This document shows positions 44,178 to 58,449 of a DNA stretch of 64,000 nt, piece after piece. Position numbers and translations under genes: made by a program. Below the pieces are notes generated by a model. It searched no databases. It saw only the letters and a program-made list of their open reading frames with translations, and was not told the origin of the DNA. This stretch comes from the human T2T-CHM13v2.0 reference genome, Homo sapiens. Position 1 is the first letter of the stretch. Every line of letters begins with the position of its first letter. Where the stretch lies: assembly GCF_009914755.1 (NCBI RefSeq), contig NC_060933.1, one strand, 5' to 3'.

Positions 44178-44825
44178 TAGAGGTAGATTTAAATGGCCAC
44201 AAGTACTTTGCAGTTCTTTTCATTAACTTTAGAAGTCTGTTTCCCGACCTCTTAAATTTGACTGGTCCAAACACTTTTCATAACTAATAGAATCTAGCAG
44301 AAGTGATGTTGTGAGAGTTCTAGACCTTAAGTCTCAAGACATCTTTCAGTTTTTGCCTTTGCTCTTTTGGATGCGACAGTCAGAATGCTGTGTAAGGGAA
44401 CTGATGGAGCCTAATGAAGTATGAATGGCCATGTGGAAGATAACTGAGTGGTCCTAGATGACAGCCAGGTACACTGCCAGATTTTTGAGTGAGGTCATTT
44501 TTTTTAATGTAACTTTTCTTTCTTTATTTTATTTTATTTTGAGGGGGTCCTATGTTGCCCAGGCTGGTCTTGAACTCCTGGGCTCAAGGAATCCTCTGCT
44601 TCAGCCTCCCAAGTAGATTAGATTAGAAGCATATGCCACTGCCCCTGGCAAGCAAGGTCATTTTTGACCTTCCAGTCCAGACAACTCTGCAGCCTAATTC
44701 AGCCAATGAATGAACTCAAGATAAGTCAACAGAAGACCCACCTGTCCAGCTCACGGAATCTTGGAAATGATAAATCAGCATTGCTTAAAGACACTAAATT
44801 GTGACATTTTTACCTGATAATAATT
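44178..44825 (+). mobile_element. MLT1 (F/G grade) MaLR LTR, interrupted by FLAM
   Basis: aaatggccacaagtactttg...aatagaatctagcagaagtgatgttgtgagagttctag...ataaatcagcattgcttaaagacactaaatt. Confidence 0.78.
44503..44649 (-). mobile_element. FLAM_A-like free Alu monomer
   Basis: Single monomer with T-rich tail; TSD agtgaggtcattttt / agcaaggtcattttt. Confidence 0.85.
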
Positions 44826-45016
44826 AATTACCTGGACATTCTAAAGTTTTAAGCGGTTTATGAAATTCAGAGGTTAATATCATAAAGCAGGCTTGGATTT
44901 TCATGCCCATCAGAAGTCCTGAGTAGTGGCAGTAGAGTGAATTTTCAGCATTAAGTGAAATGTCCGAAGTCCTGAGGGTATGGAAAAATATATAGGTGTA
45001 AACTTTGAAAGTTCTG

Positions 45017-45301
45017 TTTTTTTTTTCTTTATTATTGAGACAGGGTCTCTGTCACCCAGGCCAGAGTGCAGTGGCACGATCTGGGCTTACTGCAGCCTCC
45101 ACCTCCCAGACTCACCTCAGCCTCCCAAGTACCTGGGACTACAGGCTTGTGCCACCATATCAGACTAATTTTTTGTATTTTTGGTGGAGATGGGGTTTTG
45201 CTATGTTGCCGAGGCTGGTCTCTAACTCCTGAACTCAAGTGATCAGCTCGTCTTGGCCTCCCACAGTGCTGGGATTACAGGCATGAGCCCCCATGCCAGC
45301 C
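45017..45301 (-). mobile_element. AluJ
   Basis: Reverse dimer; TSD tgaaagtt. Confidence 0.95.
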
Positions 45302-45334
45302 TGAAAGTTATTTTCCATGAATCAAAACAAAAAC

Positions 45335-45620
45335 ACTCCACTGGTAGATAGATGTTATTAAAAATTTGTCAAAACCCATAGGATGTACAACACCAAAACC
45401 AAACCCTTATGTAAACTATGGACTCTGGGTGATAATGAGGTGACATTGTAGGTTCATCCATTGTGACAAATGCATGACTGTGGTGCAGGATGTCAATAGT
45501 GGGAAAGGTTGCACATGTGTGGGTGACAGGGGGTCTATAGGAACTTTGTTCTTTCCATTTAATTTTGCTGTGAACCTAAAAATTCTCTAAAAAACTAAAG
45601 CTTATTAATTAGAAAAAAAC
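45335..45620 (+). mobile_element. L1MC 3' end
   Basis: tttgtcaaaacccataggatgtacaacacc...aaactatggactctgggtgataatg...ttttgctgtgaacctaaaa. Confidence 0.85.
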
Positions 45621-46547
45621 CAAAATAGCAATGAGAACAATAAAAACCACTTGTGTTATGTATTCCCCTTTTAATACATAGAGAGAAATTTACCTTTAAA
45701 TATAATTAAATTTATAGCCTTGTCAGAATTTAATGAAGTTTAACTGTAATGTGGCACTTAAGGAATATTGCTACATATGCTAATTGATTTTTCTTTTGTA
45801 CTTCACACTATACAGTTCACAAAATATTCAAAGTGATGTACAAAAAGAAGGGAAAAATGGTATGTACTGCCACTTATACGTGAACACACACAGATACCTG
45901 GGGGAAATAATTCATTAGTCAATGAACAGCTCTATATATGCCAACAAACTAGAGTTCTGGGAAGAAAATAATGAATTAAAAGATCACTCGACAAAAATGC
46001 TTAATTATTTCAGTACTTATTTCCCCTGATGATATTTAGAAGTGGGAAGAAAAAGATACGCATGAAATGTCTTTGTGTATAACAGAGAGAAAGAAAGAAA
46101 GAGAGATTGTAACTGACTATAAGCAGAACAGTTTTGCTTAATTGTATTTCTAGCTACTGTTGTTCATTTTAAATTGCCTAACTGGAGTTCTAGAGCATTG
46201 AAAATATTGAGAGGCTCTAGCTGCACAGTCACAGCAATTTTTAACTGAGATAAATTACTAAACATGATCTAAATTTTGCTTTGTTTTGCTTTTGCTTCAA
46301 ATGTGAAATGATCTTTCATTATTTGTAAATGGAGGAATGTGGAATATGAAAATGAGAAGCATTTTATAGCTACTCAGTAATATGGCACCAACAATGATAA
46401 GGTATAATGCTTTAAATAAAATTTAGGGGAATCTTAGTAAGCCACGAAATTGAGTTAAGATTCAATATGCTATGGCTCTTCAAATTATATTACAATGCGA
46501 TGAGCTAATTTTGAAAAATATTTAATGCCATTCAAAAAACAATTTTA

Positions 46548-47080
<533 letters not shown>

Positions 47081-48169
47081 ATTACAAGGGTTCAAAAGAA
47101 CATTGTAATACGACTAGCTGGAAACACATATTTTATATACGTTTTTTACTTCCAATGTTTTCTGTGAAGACAAGAGATATTTTGATCAGCATTAACAATT
47201 AATTTTGTCGTAAATTAGGTAATAATGAACACTCTTCCTGCTAGACTCGTTTCTTACAGGCTTTTTTCTACCCTAGAAATATTTGTAGCTTAAATAAATA
47301 AGACAATAAGTTAACCTAGGTGAGTAAATCAAGCAATACTTATAGTTACATCATTATGGAATCTATGCATTACTACAAATAAATCATGAAGGAATCAAAA
47401 AGTAGATTGATAAAATAAAAGAACTTCTCTCTGCATTAAAAAGAAAAGGATATGTCTCCATGGAGGCTGCATAAAAGGAATCAAATTTTAACAGAGGAAA
47501 TTCATGTTCTTAACTAAGATTGATAGTGCTTAATAAGCCAGAAATTTTAATATGGACGTGTCAATATTCTTTCCTTGTGAAAGAATTTTTGTGTTGTGTT
47601 ATATCTTCCTAAATTTCCACTACCAAGTTTTTCTTAACTCCTATTTTCACATGGAGCCAACATGACCTTTAGGATCTCCATTACCATATACTACATTGAG
47701 CCTGGTTTACTGGTTTATTAATAGTTCTCCTCTTTTTTTGCTTTTGCTTATACTATTACTTTACAGGCTGGAATCTTCACAATTTCTCACATAAGAAAAC
47801 TTTAAATAATTTGCTTACTCTATTACTCTAGTAAGAATTAGGCTGTTCCTATTGGTTTTTGCTTCCATCACATCATTCTGATCATTCTATGATGGTTTTA
47901 TTTGACTCAGAAGAAAGCCATCCTAAACATCACTACTTGGTATCACTTCCCCTCATTCCCTATGCTTATCTTACATTTTTCTAAGTAGGCTTTTTCTCTG
48001 GGGAAATTGATGCCAGAATTTTCTTCATAAAGAGCGTTTGCCAGTGTTTTACATTAAACACTTTAAAGCATCATAATAATGATAACATTCACAAGGTACT
48101 ATATTATCACATGTAACCCTTTTGAGATAATTTTGAGTGAGACATTATTTTTCTGACTTTGGAGGTGTA

Positions 48170-48247
48170 CCAAAAACCAAAAAAAAAAAAAAAAAAAAAA
48201 CCACAAAAACATAAAAACAAACAAACAAAAAAACCACACACACACAG
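48170..48247. repeat. A-rich / (CAAA)n / (CA)n low-complexity tract
   Basis: Direct observation. Confidence 0.9.
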
Positions 48248-48670
48248 AGAAATTAAGTAACATTCCCAGGGACACACGGATAAAGATGACCAAGCCAAAA
48301 TTGACTCCAGAGCTTCATAGAACACACCAAGCTTGACAGTACATTCTTCAGAAGATGTCTGAAAAGATGGCCAGTTTTCAAAAGCGTACCTAACAACTAA
48401 ATCAGTTCCACTTATATTTAGAACCCAAATTTTGACCTCCATGTATGGTTGCCCAAATTCTGATATCCTGACTACTAATCCCCCAGTCCCAATCCCAATT
48501 CATGTGTGGACCTTAATCTTCATGTCTGCCTCTTTAAGCGCCCTCCTTTTTTCATCCCATTGAGTCCTTGCTAGTAGAGTTCCAGGTCTTTCTGTCTACC
48601 TAAAATGATCATCGATTAAGACTGTCTACCTGAAACTTCTATATTATAGTTGCTATGCTTTATTTATGTT

Positions 48671-48778
48671 CTTTTTTTAATTATACTTGAAGTTTTAGGG
48701 TACATGTGCACAATGTGCAGGTTAGTTACATATGTATACATGTGCCATGCTGGTGTGCTGCACCCATTAACTCGTCAT
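48671..48778 (-). mobile_element. Very short young L1PA (PA2/PA3) 3' tip
   Basis: attatacttgaagttttagggtacatgtgcacaatgtgcaggttagttac...cccattaactcgtca; TSD tttatgtt. Confidence 0.95.
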
Positions 48779-50639
48779 GTTTATGTTGTTTCTTGAGATT
48801 GTAATTTTCATCCTTTCTCCCCGGGTCTCTGATACATATATCTTGATCTTGGCTCATTTTGTTCTGTCTTCTTGCTCATATCCTTGAAAATCCATATCAC
48901 AGGCTGTAATTTCATTAAGTGGGAAACAATTTGTTTATTTTGGGATTTGAGGTCTTAATAATATTCTCATTGTCTGAGCATGTAAAAGTGCCATCATTAG
49001 CTGATTGCTGCCTTTGTCCAACTATATTTGAAATTCTCTGCTACTTCTTAAATCTTTGACTTTCTTATATCATGCCTAGAACATTTTTACTCTTTTTTAT
49101 ACATAGTTATATACTTAACTTTGTATTTTATACAGATTGGTGCCTTTATTTTGACAGAGTTCAATGATATAATTTTCAATTACACTGGGCTTCAAGACAA
49201 TATTTTGGAATATTCTTTATAGAACCTGGCTACCTGAAACATCTCTATGTCTATAATTTGAATTCATGTAATAAAAATGTCATTTTAACTTTATCAGTTT
49301 TGCAAAATATGACATAATGAGTCGAATACAGTAATTAAAACATTTCCAAAATATAGGTTAAACCCATTCCTATGGAACCCCAAGGAAAATAACTTCGGGT
49401 ACACCCAAGGTTTTCCAAAACACTACTTTTACTGTGAAAAGTTTAATGCATTTACATTAATTCGTTTAATGAGACTAACTACATATTTACTAAGGTACAT
49501 TGATAGAATTAAACAGGCTTTGGAAATGCATTTGTTATTATCTGGCTACTTTTGTTAGTTCCTCAGATGCTAATCAAACTTTCTGCAGGTATTTTCAATT
49601 ACTATTTAATTATTTTACAGTGTACTTGCTGTGTGCCTCTCATTTAATCAGCAGCCATTGATTTCATCTGTCCAAACACTTCAGATGAGTTTTTTTGGCT
49701 CACTTCTCTCAACTCGTGGCACCTCTGAAATCCTCAGCAAATCCTTTGAGATATGATGAAGAAAGCAGTTTCTACAGAACTTCTTGAGTTCTCTCCTCTT
49801 TAAAATAGACATTAACACCTGTATGCTTGATAAGAGTATGGTGGTCTTAATCATGCAGCATCCGGATAAACGACACCTAGTGGTTAGATATTTTAAACAC
49901 GTAAGTGGAGTTAACATGTAGAAGAAATAAGATGTTGGACAATTGAGCTTGTTCTATCATAATAAATAATGTAATATTTTAGGGCTGCTTTATTATAAGA
50001 ACATAGGCTTATTGTGTAAACCTTCAGAGAGTTGAATAAAAATCAATTTGTAAAAGACTCAGACATGTAGATTTAATATAATTCCACTAAAGAATAAAAT
50101 GAATAAAATATGAAATAATATATCATGTCAAGAGCTTTTAGTCACCATATTTCAGCTTAATTCAACAAACATTTATCCAGTCCCAACAACAGGCACTATG
50201 GCAGTGTGCAAGGAACAAAGATATCAAGATTAATACAGCACAGTATCAAGTCAATGCAGATCTCTGTCTGTGCAACTACCTTTGATCTTAAGATGCTTTC
50301 TATTCTATATAGCTATGGGTCCTGACCATGCAGCATCTCATTAACTCCTGCAGTTTTGGCAGTTAACACCGACTATTAAAGCTCCTGTTTCTTACCATAG
50401 TGGTTTCTAATAACATTTATCTCAGTTTTGTCACTCTGACCCAAAGCAGTTGAACATGCATAGCTTAATTTTCTTCTGTCCTTATGAGACTAGGCCAAGA
50501 TAATTTAATAGCACTCTCCTAAAGATTCTAAGATAATAAAAGGATATTATTAAATGGATTATGCAAATAGTTAAGATTAGCAAACGGATTTGACAGAAAT
50601 TAACATCTACAACTCTGACACATCATGTTTGGGTTTTTA

Positions 50640-50790
50640 CAGCAGGGTTCTCAAGCCTAAATGTTCATTATAAATCATTGTAGAATCTTATGAAAAATGA
50701 AGATTTTGTGGTCTGAGGTAGGGTATGATCTCCCAGGTGATGCTGCTTCTGGTTTACTAATGTTCTGTGGACTATTTAGTAGTGAGACCT
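50640..50790. mobile_element. MER5-like hAT-Charlie element
   Basis: cagggttctcaagcct...ctcccaggtgatgctg. Confidence 0.6.
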
Positions 50791-52419
50791 TCTTAGACGT
50801 CTTTCTAACAATCTAAGGGGTTTCTTGTGTCCTGTCACTCTTTCAGTGTCAAAATTCAGTTTCACCTTTGGGTACCCTAAAGCACACATGATCTGCTCAG
50901 ACTGTAGTTCAGGGTGAATAAGGAAGCAGGAAGAAAATAAATTTCCTTCTCACCCTCAAATACTATCCAACTTCCCAGGTCATATTTCTTGTCCCAAAAA
51001 TATTTGACAGAATGAATATTTATTTCTATATTAACCAAATTTATCATGTAGTTTTAAAAATCCAAGGAAAGAGATTATTCACAATCAGAACCAAAACCAA
51101 AACAAAAAACTCAACCAATCAAACAAAATGTAAATTGATAGTTTCTATTTGAAACTCTTTCCAAGTTAAAGAGCGAGAAGCTCCAGAAATATTTCCTGTT
51201 TCTCAAGAGCTTATATAATACCAATATCTGCTCAGTCAAGACAATCCTTATTAAGTCCACTCCAGATACTTTCATCAATCTTTCCTCTTGATTCTGGTAG
51301 CGAAAAGACCTGAACAGAGTTTCTGTAGTCTTCTGCAATTGCTCAAAAACAATACAATATAACACAAAGCACTCACCTTTACAGAAGAATAAATATGACT
51401 TCACAGGCATAACACAGCCTAAATCCATTCTAAGAAAGAAATATTTTCTGAGGAAATACATACATAGTATAGAAAAACAGAACACTACCAAAACAGATTT
51501 AACATTTTATTATTACACAAGTTCTTTAGCTCCTACACATCATAGTTCCTCATCCCCTTCTCGTTCTAATTATTATCCCTGGTTTTCCTTTGCAAAACTG
51601 AGTGGTACTTTTCTTGGTCTTTCTGTCTTCTTCACAGGGATTCTAAAAGCTTCACCATACATTATACAGAAAATTACTTACAGATTCTTTCCTATCCCAG
51701 GACCTACTGAGATGTTACAGATGTTCCTCCCATTTTTTTCCTCCTACAACCCTCACTCTAAATACAAATATATTGAAATCATAGACTAAAGGTAAAGATG
51801 TCTAACCCACAAATGAATTAATATAAAAAAGAAAAGGATGCCTCCAACTTCCATAAATGAAGAGAGATGTAAGTTAGTGGTAAATATATCAACTAATTAT
51901 ATGGTGCTCATAAGGATCAAATAATAACAATAGGAACTAGAAGATAATACCCATTAGAAGACAGGAAAGGTGGAATTAGGCTTATGTAAGGGAGGGTGTT
52001 AGAACTAAAGACCCTTTGCTAAAGTACTTTTAAAAGGCTGACATTCACAAAAAATGTAGACATTTACAAAAAAGGTTGGCTTCTCCTTTGTAAAGGAATA
52101 TTATAGGACCTACTGACTTAGGAAGTGTCAGGAAAACTCTTTATAATTCAGAAATTCATGTATTTTAAAAAAATGCCTTCAGTGAAAAAATGGCTTCATG
52201 GGTATGGAATCTCAATTTATATTTCTGATGAGTCAAGAGACCTAGATGAAGAAAATTGGCTTATGAATTGTACTGGAGATAACCAACACTCTCAGAAGTC
52301 AATGAAAAAAAAATTACTCTGTAGCTATATTTTCCCCACTTGTGTAGAAACATATGGAGGGAGATGAAAGCAACTGTGCAAAAGAGGAGCTTCCGAATAA
52401 AATTTTATTTCATACAATG

Positions 52420-52423
<4 letters not shown>

Positions 52424-52452
<29 letters not shown>
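52424..52452. repeat. (CA)n microsatellite
   Basis: Direct observation. Confidence 0.95.
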
Positions 52453-52456
<4 letters not shown>

Positions 52457-52498
52457 ACATGAGAGAGCTAAAACAAAATTGAGGTAAAAGAAAATCTG

Positions 52499-52795
52499 GG
52501 CCAGGCACAATGGCTCACACTTGTAATCCCAGCACTTTGGGAGAATGAGGCCAGAGAAACACTTGAGCCCAGGAGTTTGAGACCAGCCTGGGCAACACAG
52601 TGAGGCCCCTTCACTCAAAAATAAAGGAAATAAAGAAATTAGCTGGGTGTGGTGGCATACACCGGGAGGCTGAGGCTAGAGGATTGCTTGAGCCCAGGAG
52701 CTCCAGGCTGCAGTGACTATGATTGTACCACTGCACTCTAGCCTGGGTGCCAGAGCAAGGCGCCATCTCAAAACAAACAAACAAACAAACAAAAA
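52499..52795 (+). mobile_element. AluJ with a right-arm deletion and (CAAA)n tail
   Basis: Dimer; missing ctgtagtcccagctact segment. Confidence 0.94.
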
Positions 52796-53667
52796 CTGAA
52801 ATAAATAAGTGTGGCTTAAATTACTATAATAATAAAAAGAAGGGAGATAAAGTACAATGAAAAATAGGGTAATTTAAAAAATCAGAAATGTTGAAAAACA
52901 ATAAAATTGAAATGAATCATTACAATTAAAACATCTTGAATGTAAAGCTTAAAAAGCAAATAAAATATGTACAAATTAGTGAAATCCCACTAGAGACCAT
53001 AAAGCGTGAACATTTATTTTTAAAGTACTGAGAAAAAGTAGCTGTCTACTTACTTGTATACCCAGCTGTACTCTCTAGCTGAACGGCGTAAGTGAATCAA
53101 TAATACTTTCAGGAGACTAATATAATCATAGATTATGGTTCAAATAATACTTAAAAGACATAGTTCAGGAAAAAATAATCAATGAACCCACAAGCAAAAA
53201 TGAGGATATAAGAAGCAATGTCAAAAAAAGAATTTGATAAATGTGTTGATATATTAAAATATCATGGATTCTATTGGTCAATAACTTAAACAAGTATTGC
53301 CATTTTTCTGGCAACTAAAAACAATGTGAAACTAAAATTACAAACAATTAAATTGATGAGTGGACAGTGATGAGAGTAAACTTTTCGAAGGTCAAAGGTC
53401 CGAAAGCTTTAGGGTATCTCATGCACTTATTAATTTTTATTTTACAAACACTTAAATAGTGCTTAATATTTTCCTCAAATTTTATTAAAGATGATATAAT
53501 AATATGTAGCCTGAGGTCACTACTTTTGATGTATTTATTTTAAAGGACTATTGCATCCATTTTCCCACAACCTTTTTTAGTGTTTTTGGTGGAGATGGTG
53601 GTAGTGTCATTATTTTACTTTTTTAAAATTTTGTTTTCTAACTCATTCTCCCCCAAACCAAACAGGT

Positions 53668-53786
53668 GTCTTTTTCCTTTCCTTTCCTTCCACTTCCCTT
53701 TCTCCTTCCCCTTCCCCTTCCCCTCCCTTCCTTCCCTTCCTTCTTTTCTTTTCTTTCTTTCTTTCTTTCTTTTTTTTTTTTTTTTT
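53668..53786. repeat. Pyrimidine-rich tract (expanded Alu tail)
   Basis: (CCCTT)n/(CTTT)n/T-run abutting a minus-strand Alu. Confidence 0.9.
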
Positions 53787-54058
53787 AATAAGAGAAAGGC
53801 TCTTCCTCTTTCACCCAGGCTGGAGTGCAGTGGCGTGATCACAGCTCACTACAGCCTCAAACTCCTGGGTCCAAGAGATTCCTCCGAGTAGCTACAGGCA
53901 CATGCCACCACCATGCCTGGTTAATTTTTAAATTTTTAGTAGAAACAGGGATCTTGCTTTGTGGCCCAGACTGGTCTTCCACTCCTGGCCTCAAGCAATC
54001 CTATTATCTTGGCCTCCCAAAGTTCTGGGATTACAGAAATGAGCCACTGTATTTGGTC
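53787..54058 (-). mobile_element. AluJ
   Basis: Reverse diverged dimer. Confidence 0.94.
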
Positions 54059-55863
54059 TTGCTTGTCTAATAAACTGTTCTTTTTTTTTTCAATATCTTA
54101 AAACCAGAGAATCCTCTGTTCAAACAAAATCTTTAACGTAAGTGTAAAGAAAGCCAAACAATATAATTAGGGCTCCTCTTTATAAAGAGAGAAAGTGAAT
54201 AGCTGTGAGGCAGAGGAGTCACAGACACTTATCAGAAATGTTACATAGCACAGACATAAAAAAGATGTTTGAGAGGAGATAGAGGCCTCTTAGATAGGCC
54301 TCGTCCCAAATAGAAGAACACATGCAACCCCCAAATCTTTACTAACCCGCGGGTGAGGCCAGGCACAGATGTGTTTAGGCACCACAGCCATCTTTCCAGA
54401 AGACTGAAGTCCGATACTCATGGCAAACACAGAACATCTGAGTGGCTATTGATCAATGGAAGTCCTCTGGTTGGAGAAGTACTTTGATTAGAATGGAGCC
54501 TCAGAGCCCAAGGACTTCTATCAGCTTGTTCTTCTGTTGAGCCCACCACTCAGAGTTGCTAAGCCAACTGTCTGCTATATTCCCAGAAGACAGAATAAAT
54601 AAGTCTACAGTGCCATGTAGTTGTATCTTTTCAGCACATCTTCCTTATCTGTATATAAAGCAAATTTTTAAACAACTTACCTCTACAAAGTCACTTTTGC
54701 CATTCAATGTAACATAGCTCTATACTAGACACTATGGGGTGAAGGTCATTGTGGTATTACGGAGGGTAGCAAAATTCCATCTATGACATCACACAAACAT
54801 CAACCAAAAGAAACTTTGTGTGGCTGTAATAGTATCAGGCACAGTAGACTCTGCCATAGAGATAAAGGAGGCATTTCATACTATTAAAAGTTCAGTTAAA
54901 TGGACAGTATAACAGTCACACCTTTGCTTACAACGTGATGGTAGGCATGAATCAACAGATAAAGAGAACACATTGTACTCAGAGCCTTATAATTAAAAAT
55001 AAATCCAGTTAGAGTTATTTTGTAAACAAAATGTAGGAGGGATTTTAGGAAAAAAAATTGTCTTAACTCTAGACAGAGAAAAAGATAACTCATATGCAAG
55101 GAACCAACAGCAGACTATAGAACAACATCAACTGAAATAAAAAAGAGTAAAATCATATCCTCAAAATTCTATAATACTTATCAATAAATAATCAGGAACC
55201 CAGCAAAACTAATTTTAAAAAAGAAAAAAACAAAAATACTTTTTATGAACGAAATTAGAGACAACCACATAAGTATCCCCACTAAAGGAATTTTAAGAAT
55301 ATACTTCAGTAATATGGAAAAGATAAAAGATACTAAAATAAATATCTGAGAAATAAAAGTTGCCATGTGTACAAATTTTACCAAACAATGAATGTATACA
55401 AGCTATAATGCAGTCTTATTTATGTTGCTAAAATATTCAAATAAAAATTATTAAAATGCTCATATATCACAAGGGGTATAATAGGAGGAAGTATTTTAGC
55501 TCCTTTATTCTGGAAGAAGTTAAAGTATTAATTCAGTCACTGTATATTAATAGATGCATGATAAATTTCAAGGAGAGTAAATTCAATCAATCAGAATAAA
55601 AGGCAAAAAAGAGAAAAGCATGGAAGTTATGGTGTGACATATAAGGGGAAATACAAGTTAAAAATCAGAAATAATTCTCCCTGTTGAAAACAGAAGAGAC
55701 TTTCTACACTCCCATTTCTTACAGCAAGTACTAGGTGTTGTTTATATGGAAAACATGTATATAATGGGTTGTATCTGTTTCATTATATAAAAGGGTGAAA
55801 ATCCTTTATATCTTTGCAATCTATTAGGAAATTGGCCAGGATGCACAGTATATTCTGGATTAA

Positions 55864-56252
<389 letters not shown>

Positions 56253-56329
56253 AGAAGGAAATTTTGGTTTTAATTACATTTCCCCAACAATTCTGACAAG
56301 GATGTCTGAAACACCCTAAACTAAGGGAC

Positions 56330-57900
56330 AGCTGAAGGTCTGTGGCCACACAAAAGTCAGTTACTTTTATGTGGATAAATTAACATATTTACTGAGATTC
56401 TTAGACAGGCCATATCCCAAGCAAATGAATTACTGGCATTTATGCGATGAAGTGAATTCTAAGGGGAAAAAAATGATATAGAATCCCAGAAGAAAAGATT
56501 GAGAAAAAATGGAGAGGAAATTGGAGAACTAAAGACACTTTCTCTTTTACAGAAATCTCCTGCTCCTCTTTTGGGGTGTCCCTGCTCCCTCTGCTTCTCC
56601 TGCTTGTCTCCCCTGACCCCTACTGCCTCCAACTCTAGCCACTGCCAGTGTCTCAAGCTAACTCCCAGGAAGAGGGAGGTGATGGATTGTTCCCCTCTTT
56701 GGTAGATTTCTCTGTAAAGAGAGATGAGGGCACAGCCTCTTTAACTGAAATGAATTACCTGCTGTGCTTGAGGACATGGTTTTGTGTGCCTTGTGGCCTA
56801 GTCCTGAGCCACTTCATGTCTTAGGCCAGAATCCTTCTCCAGGAGCCCCTTAATATCTGCACATCTTGTAGCTACAAAGCACATATGATAAAGAGACCTA
56901 AGGAAGGAATAATGAAGAACTTGCACAGAGATTGTGACATTGTATGAAAAAAACAAGATGGAGAGTAGCTGCACTGCTCACTTAGAAAAAGACAAGCTAA
57001 GAAAATGTGGTACATATACACCATGGAATACTATGCAGCCATAAAAAATGATGAGTTCATGTCCTTTGTAGGGACATGGATGAAATTGGAAATCATCATT
57101 CTCAGTAAACTATCACAAGAACAAAAAACCAAACACCGCATATTCTCACTCATAGGTGGGAATTGAACAATGCGAACACATGGACACAGGAAGGGGAACA
57201 TCACACTCTGGGGACTGTTGTGGGGTGGGGGGAGGGGGGAGGGATAGCTTTAGGAGATATACCTAATGCTAAATGACGAGTTAATGGGTGCAGCACACCA
57301 GCATGGCACATGTATACATATGTAACTAACCTGCACATTGTGCACATGTACCCTAAAACTTAAAGTATAATAATAATAAAATAAAATAAAATAAAAAAAG
57401 AAAAAGACAAGCTAACTAGGTGTTAAACTGATGAATGTCATAACAGGAAGGGAAACCAAAGTGCCATGCATTTTACCTTTTTTTTTTTTTTTCAATTTGA
57501 GGAAACCCAGCCCTTTCCATTCAGATCCCAGCAAGCTAATGTGATGGGGTCCAGCAGATCACTACATCAAGGAATCTGGTGGCCAAGGAAAACCAGCTAT
57601 CCACTATCCCCGCAACTATGGAAGAACTAAGGGTGTTAGAGATGCTTCAAGAGCAGTGGCCAGAGGCCATACTTAAACCCCTCCTGGCAAAGATGAGCTG
57701 GGAGAGATTGCAACCATATACCTAGAAGACGGGTGAGTCCTTCATTGACTTCCATAAGCAGTTTGTTGAGATTTTCTCAAAATTCACTGGTATGAACCCA
57801 AAGGCAGATCAAAATAATGCTCTAGTCTTAGCAACCTTTATCTCATTTTTCCTTATCTACATTAGTGCTATCTAAACCCAAGTTAAAGAAAAGGTGGTAG
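56330..57900 (+). pseudogene. gag: Decayed ERV gag
   Basis: Manual translation from 57618: ...MSWERLQPYT*KTGESFIDFHKQFVEIFSKFTGMNP = class-I Gag major homology region (Q-x-x-x-E-S-x-x-x-F); proline-rich stretch 56550-56650; the 5' boundary is uncertain. Confidence 0.75.
57001..57398 (+). mobile_element. Young 5'-truncated L1PA (PA2/PA3)
   Basis: 3'UTR with aactaacctgcacattgtg; perfect 17-bp TSD agaaaaagacaagctaa (56984-57000 / 57399-57415). Confidence 0.98.
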
Positions 57901-58009
57901 GAATTGCAGAGACAAGAGTCTAAAGTAGGGAATACTTGGCATATGGCTCAAAATTGGAAAAATATTGGAGGTAGGAACTGGTAAACTACATATGTCAATA
58001 CTTCCCCTC

Positions 58010-58033
58010 AAGATAATCTAACTTTGTCTTTTC

Positions 58034-58076
<43 letters not shown>

Positions 58077-58310
58077 CAGATATTCTGTAATTTCCTTGGA
58101 TATTTCTCATTTTCTATTTGGTGGTAATAGATCAACACAGATGGCTGGCATTTTGGGTCAGCTTTCCACTTTTCCCTCCCTAGTTCTCATATAGATAGGT
58201 TCTCTTATTAAGGAAATGTGTTTTTACTTTCTCTTGATTCTCCAGTAAATGTATTGGAGAGAGACTTGTGCAACATAAAGGCTGTCGTATTCTTTACTCC
58301 CGATGGATTG
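58010..58310 (+). pseudogene. pro: Decayed ERV protease
   Basis: ORF 58218: FLLSLDSPVNVLERDLCNIKAVVFFTPDG matches the retroviral protease C-terminal motif F-L-x-x-P-x-(C/S)-P-x-N-L-L-G-R-D-L-L. Confidence 0.75.
58035..58082. repeat. (GATA)10 GACA GATA tetranucleotide STR
   Basis: Direct observation. Confidence 0.97.
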
Positions 58311-58449
58311 TCTATGGAAGAAACTCCGTGGGGAAAATACCCCAGATTTGGTTGCAAGGTGTCTTCTGAAAGGGGTATGGCAGAGAACAGCAGTCTGACA
58401 CTATGCTAGAAAAGCATAGATCCTGATCTAAGACAAATCATTGCATGAC

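Noticed and set aside
51111-51491. 126-aa minus-strand ORF
   Set aside because: Non-ATG start, AT-biased composition and no recognisable domain; only the internal splice signals were kept as a weak finding.
53580-54070. ORFs rich in F/P/S or K/E/G/R and Alu-type peptides (also 9756-10013, 20835-21251, 55909-56196, 61633-62019)
   Set aside because: These are translations of low-complexity tracts and Alu sequence.
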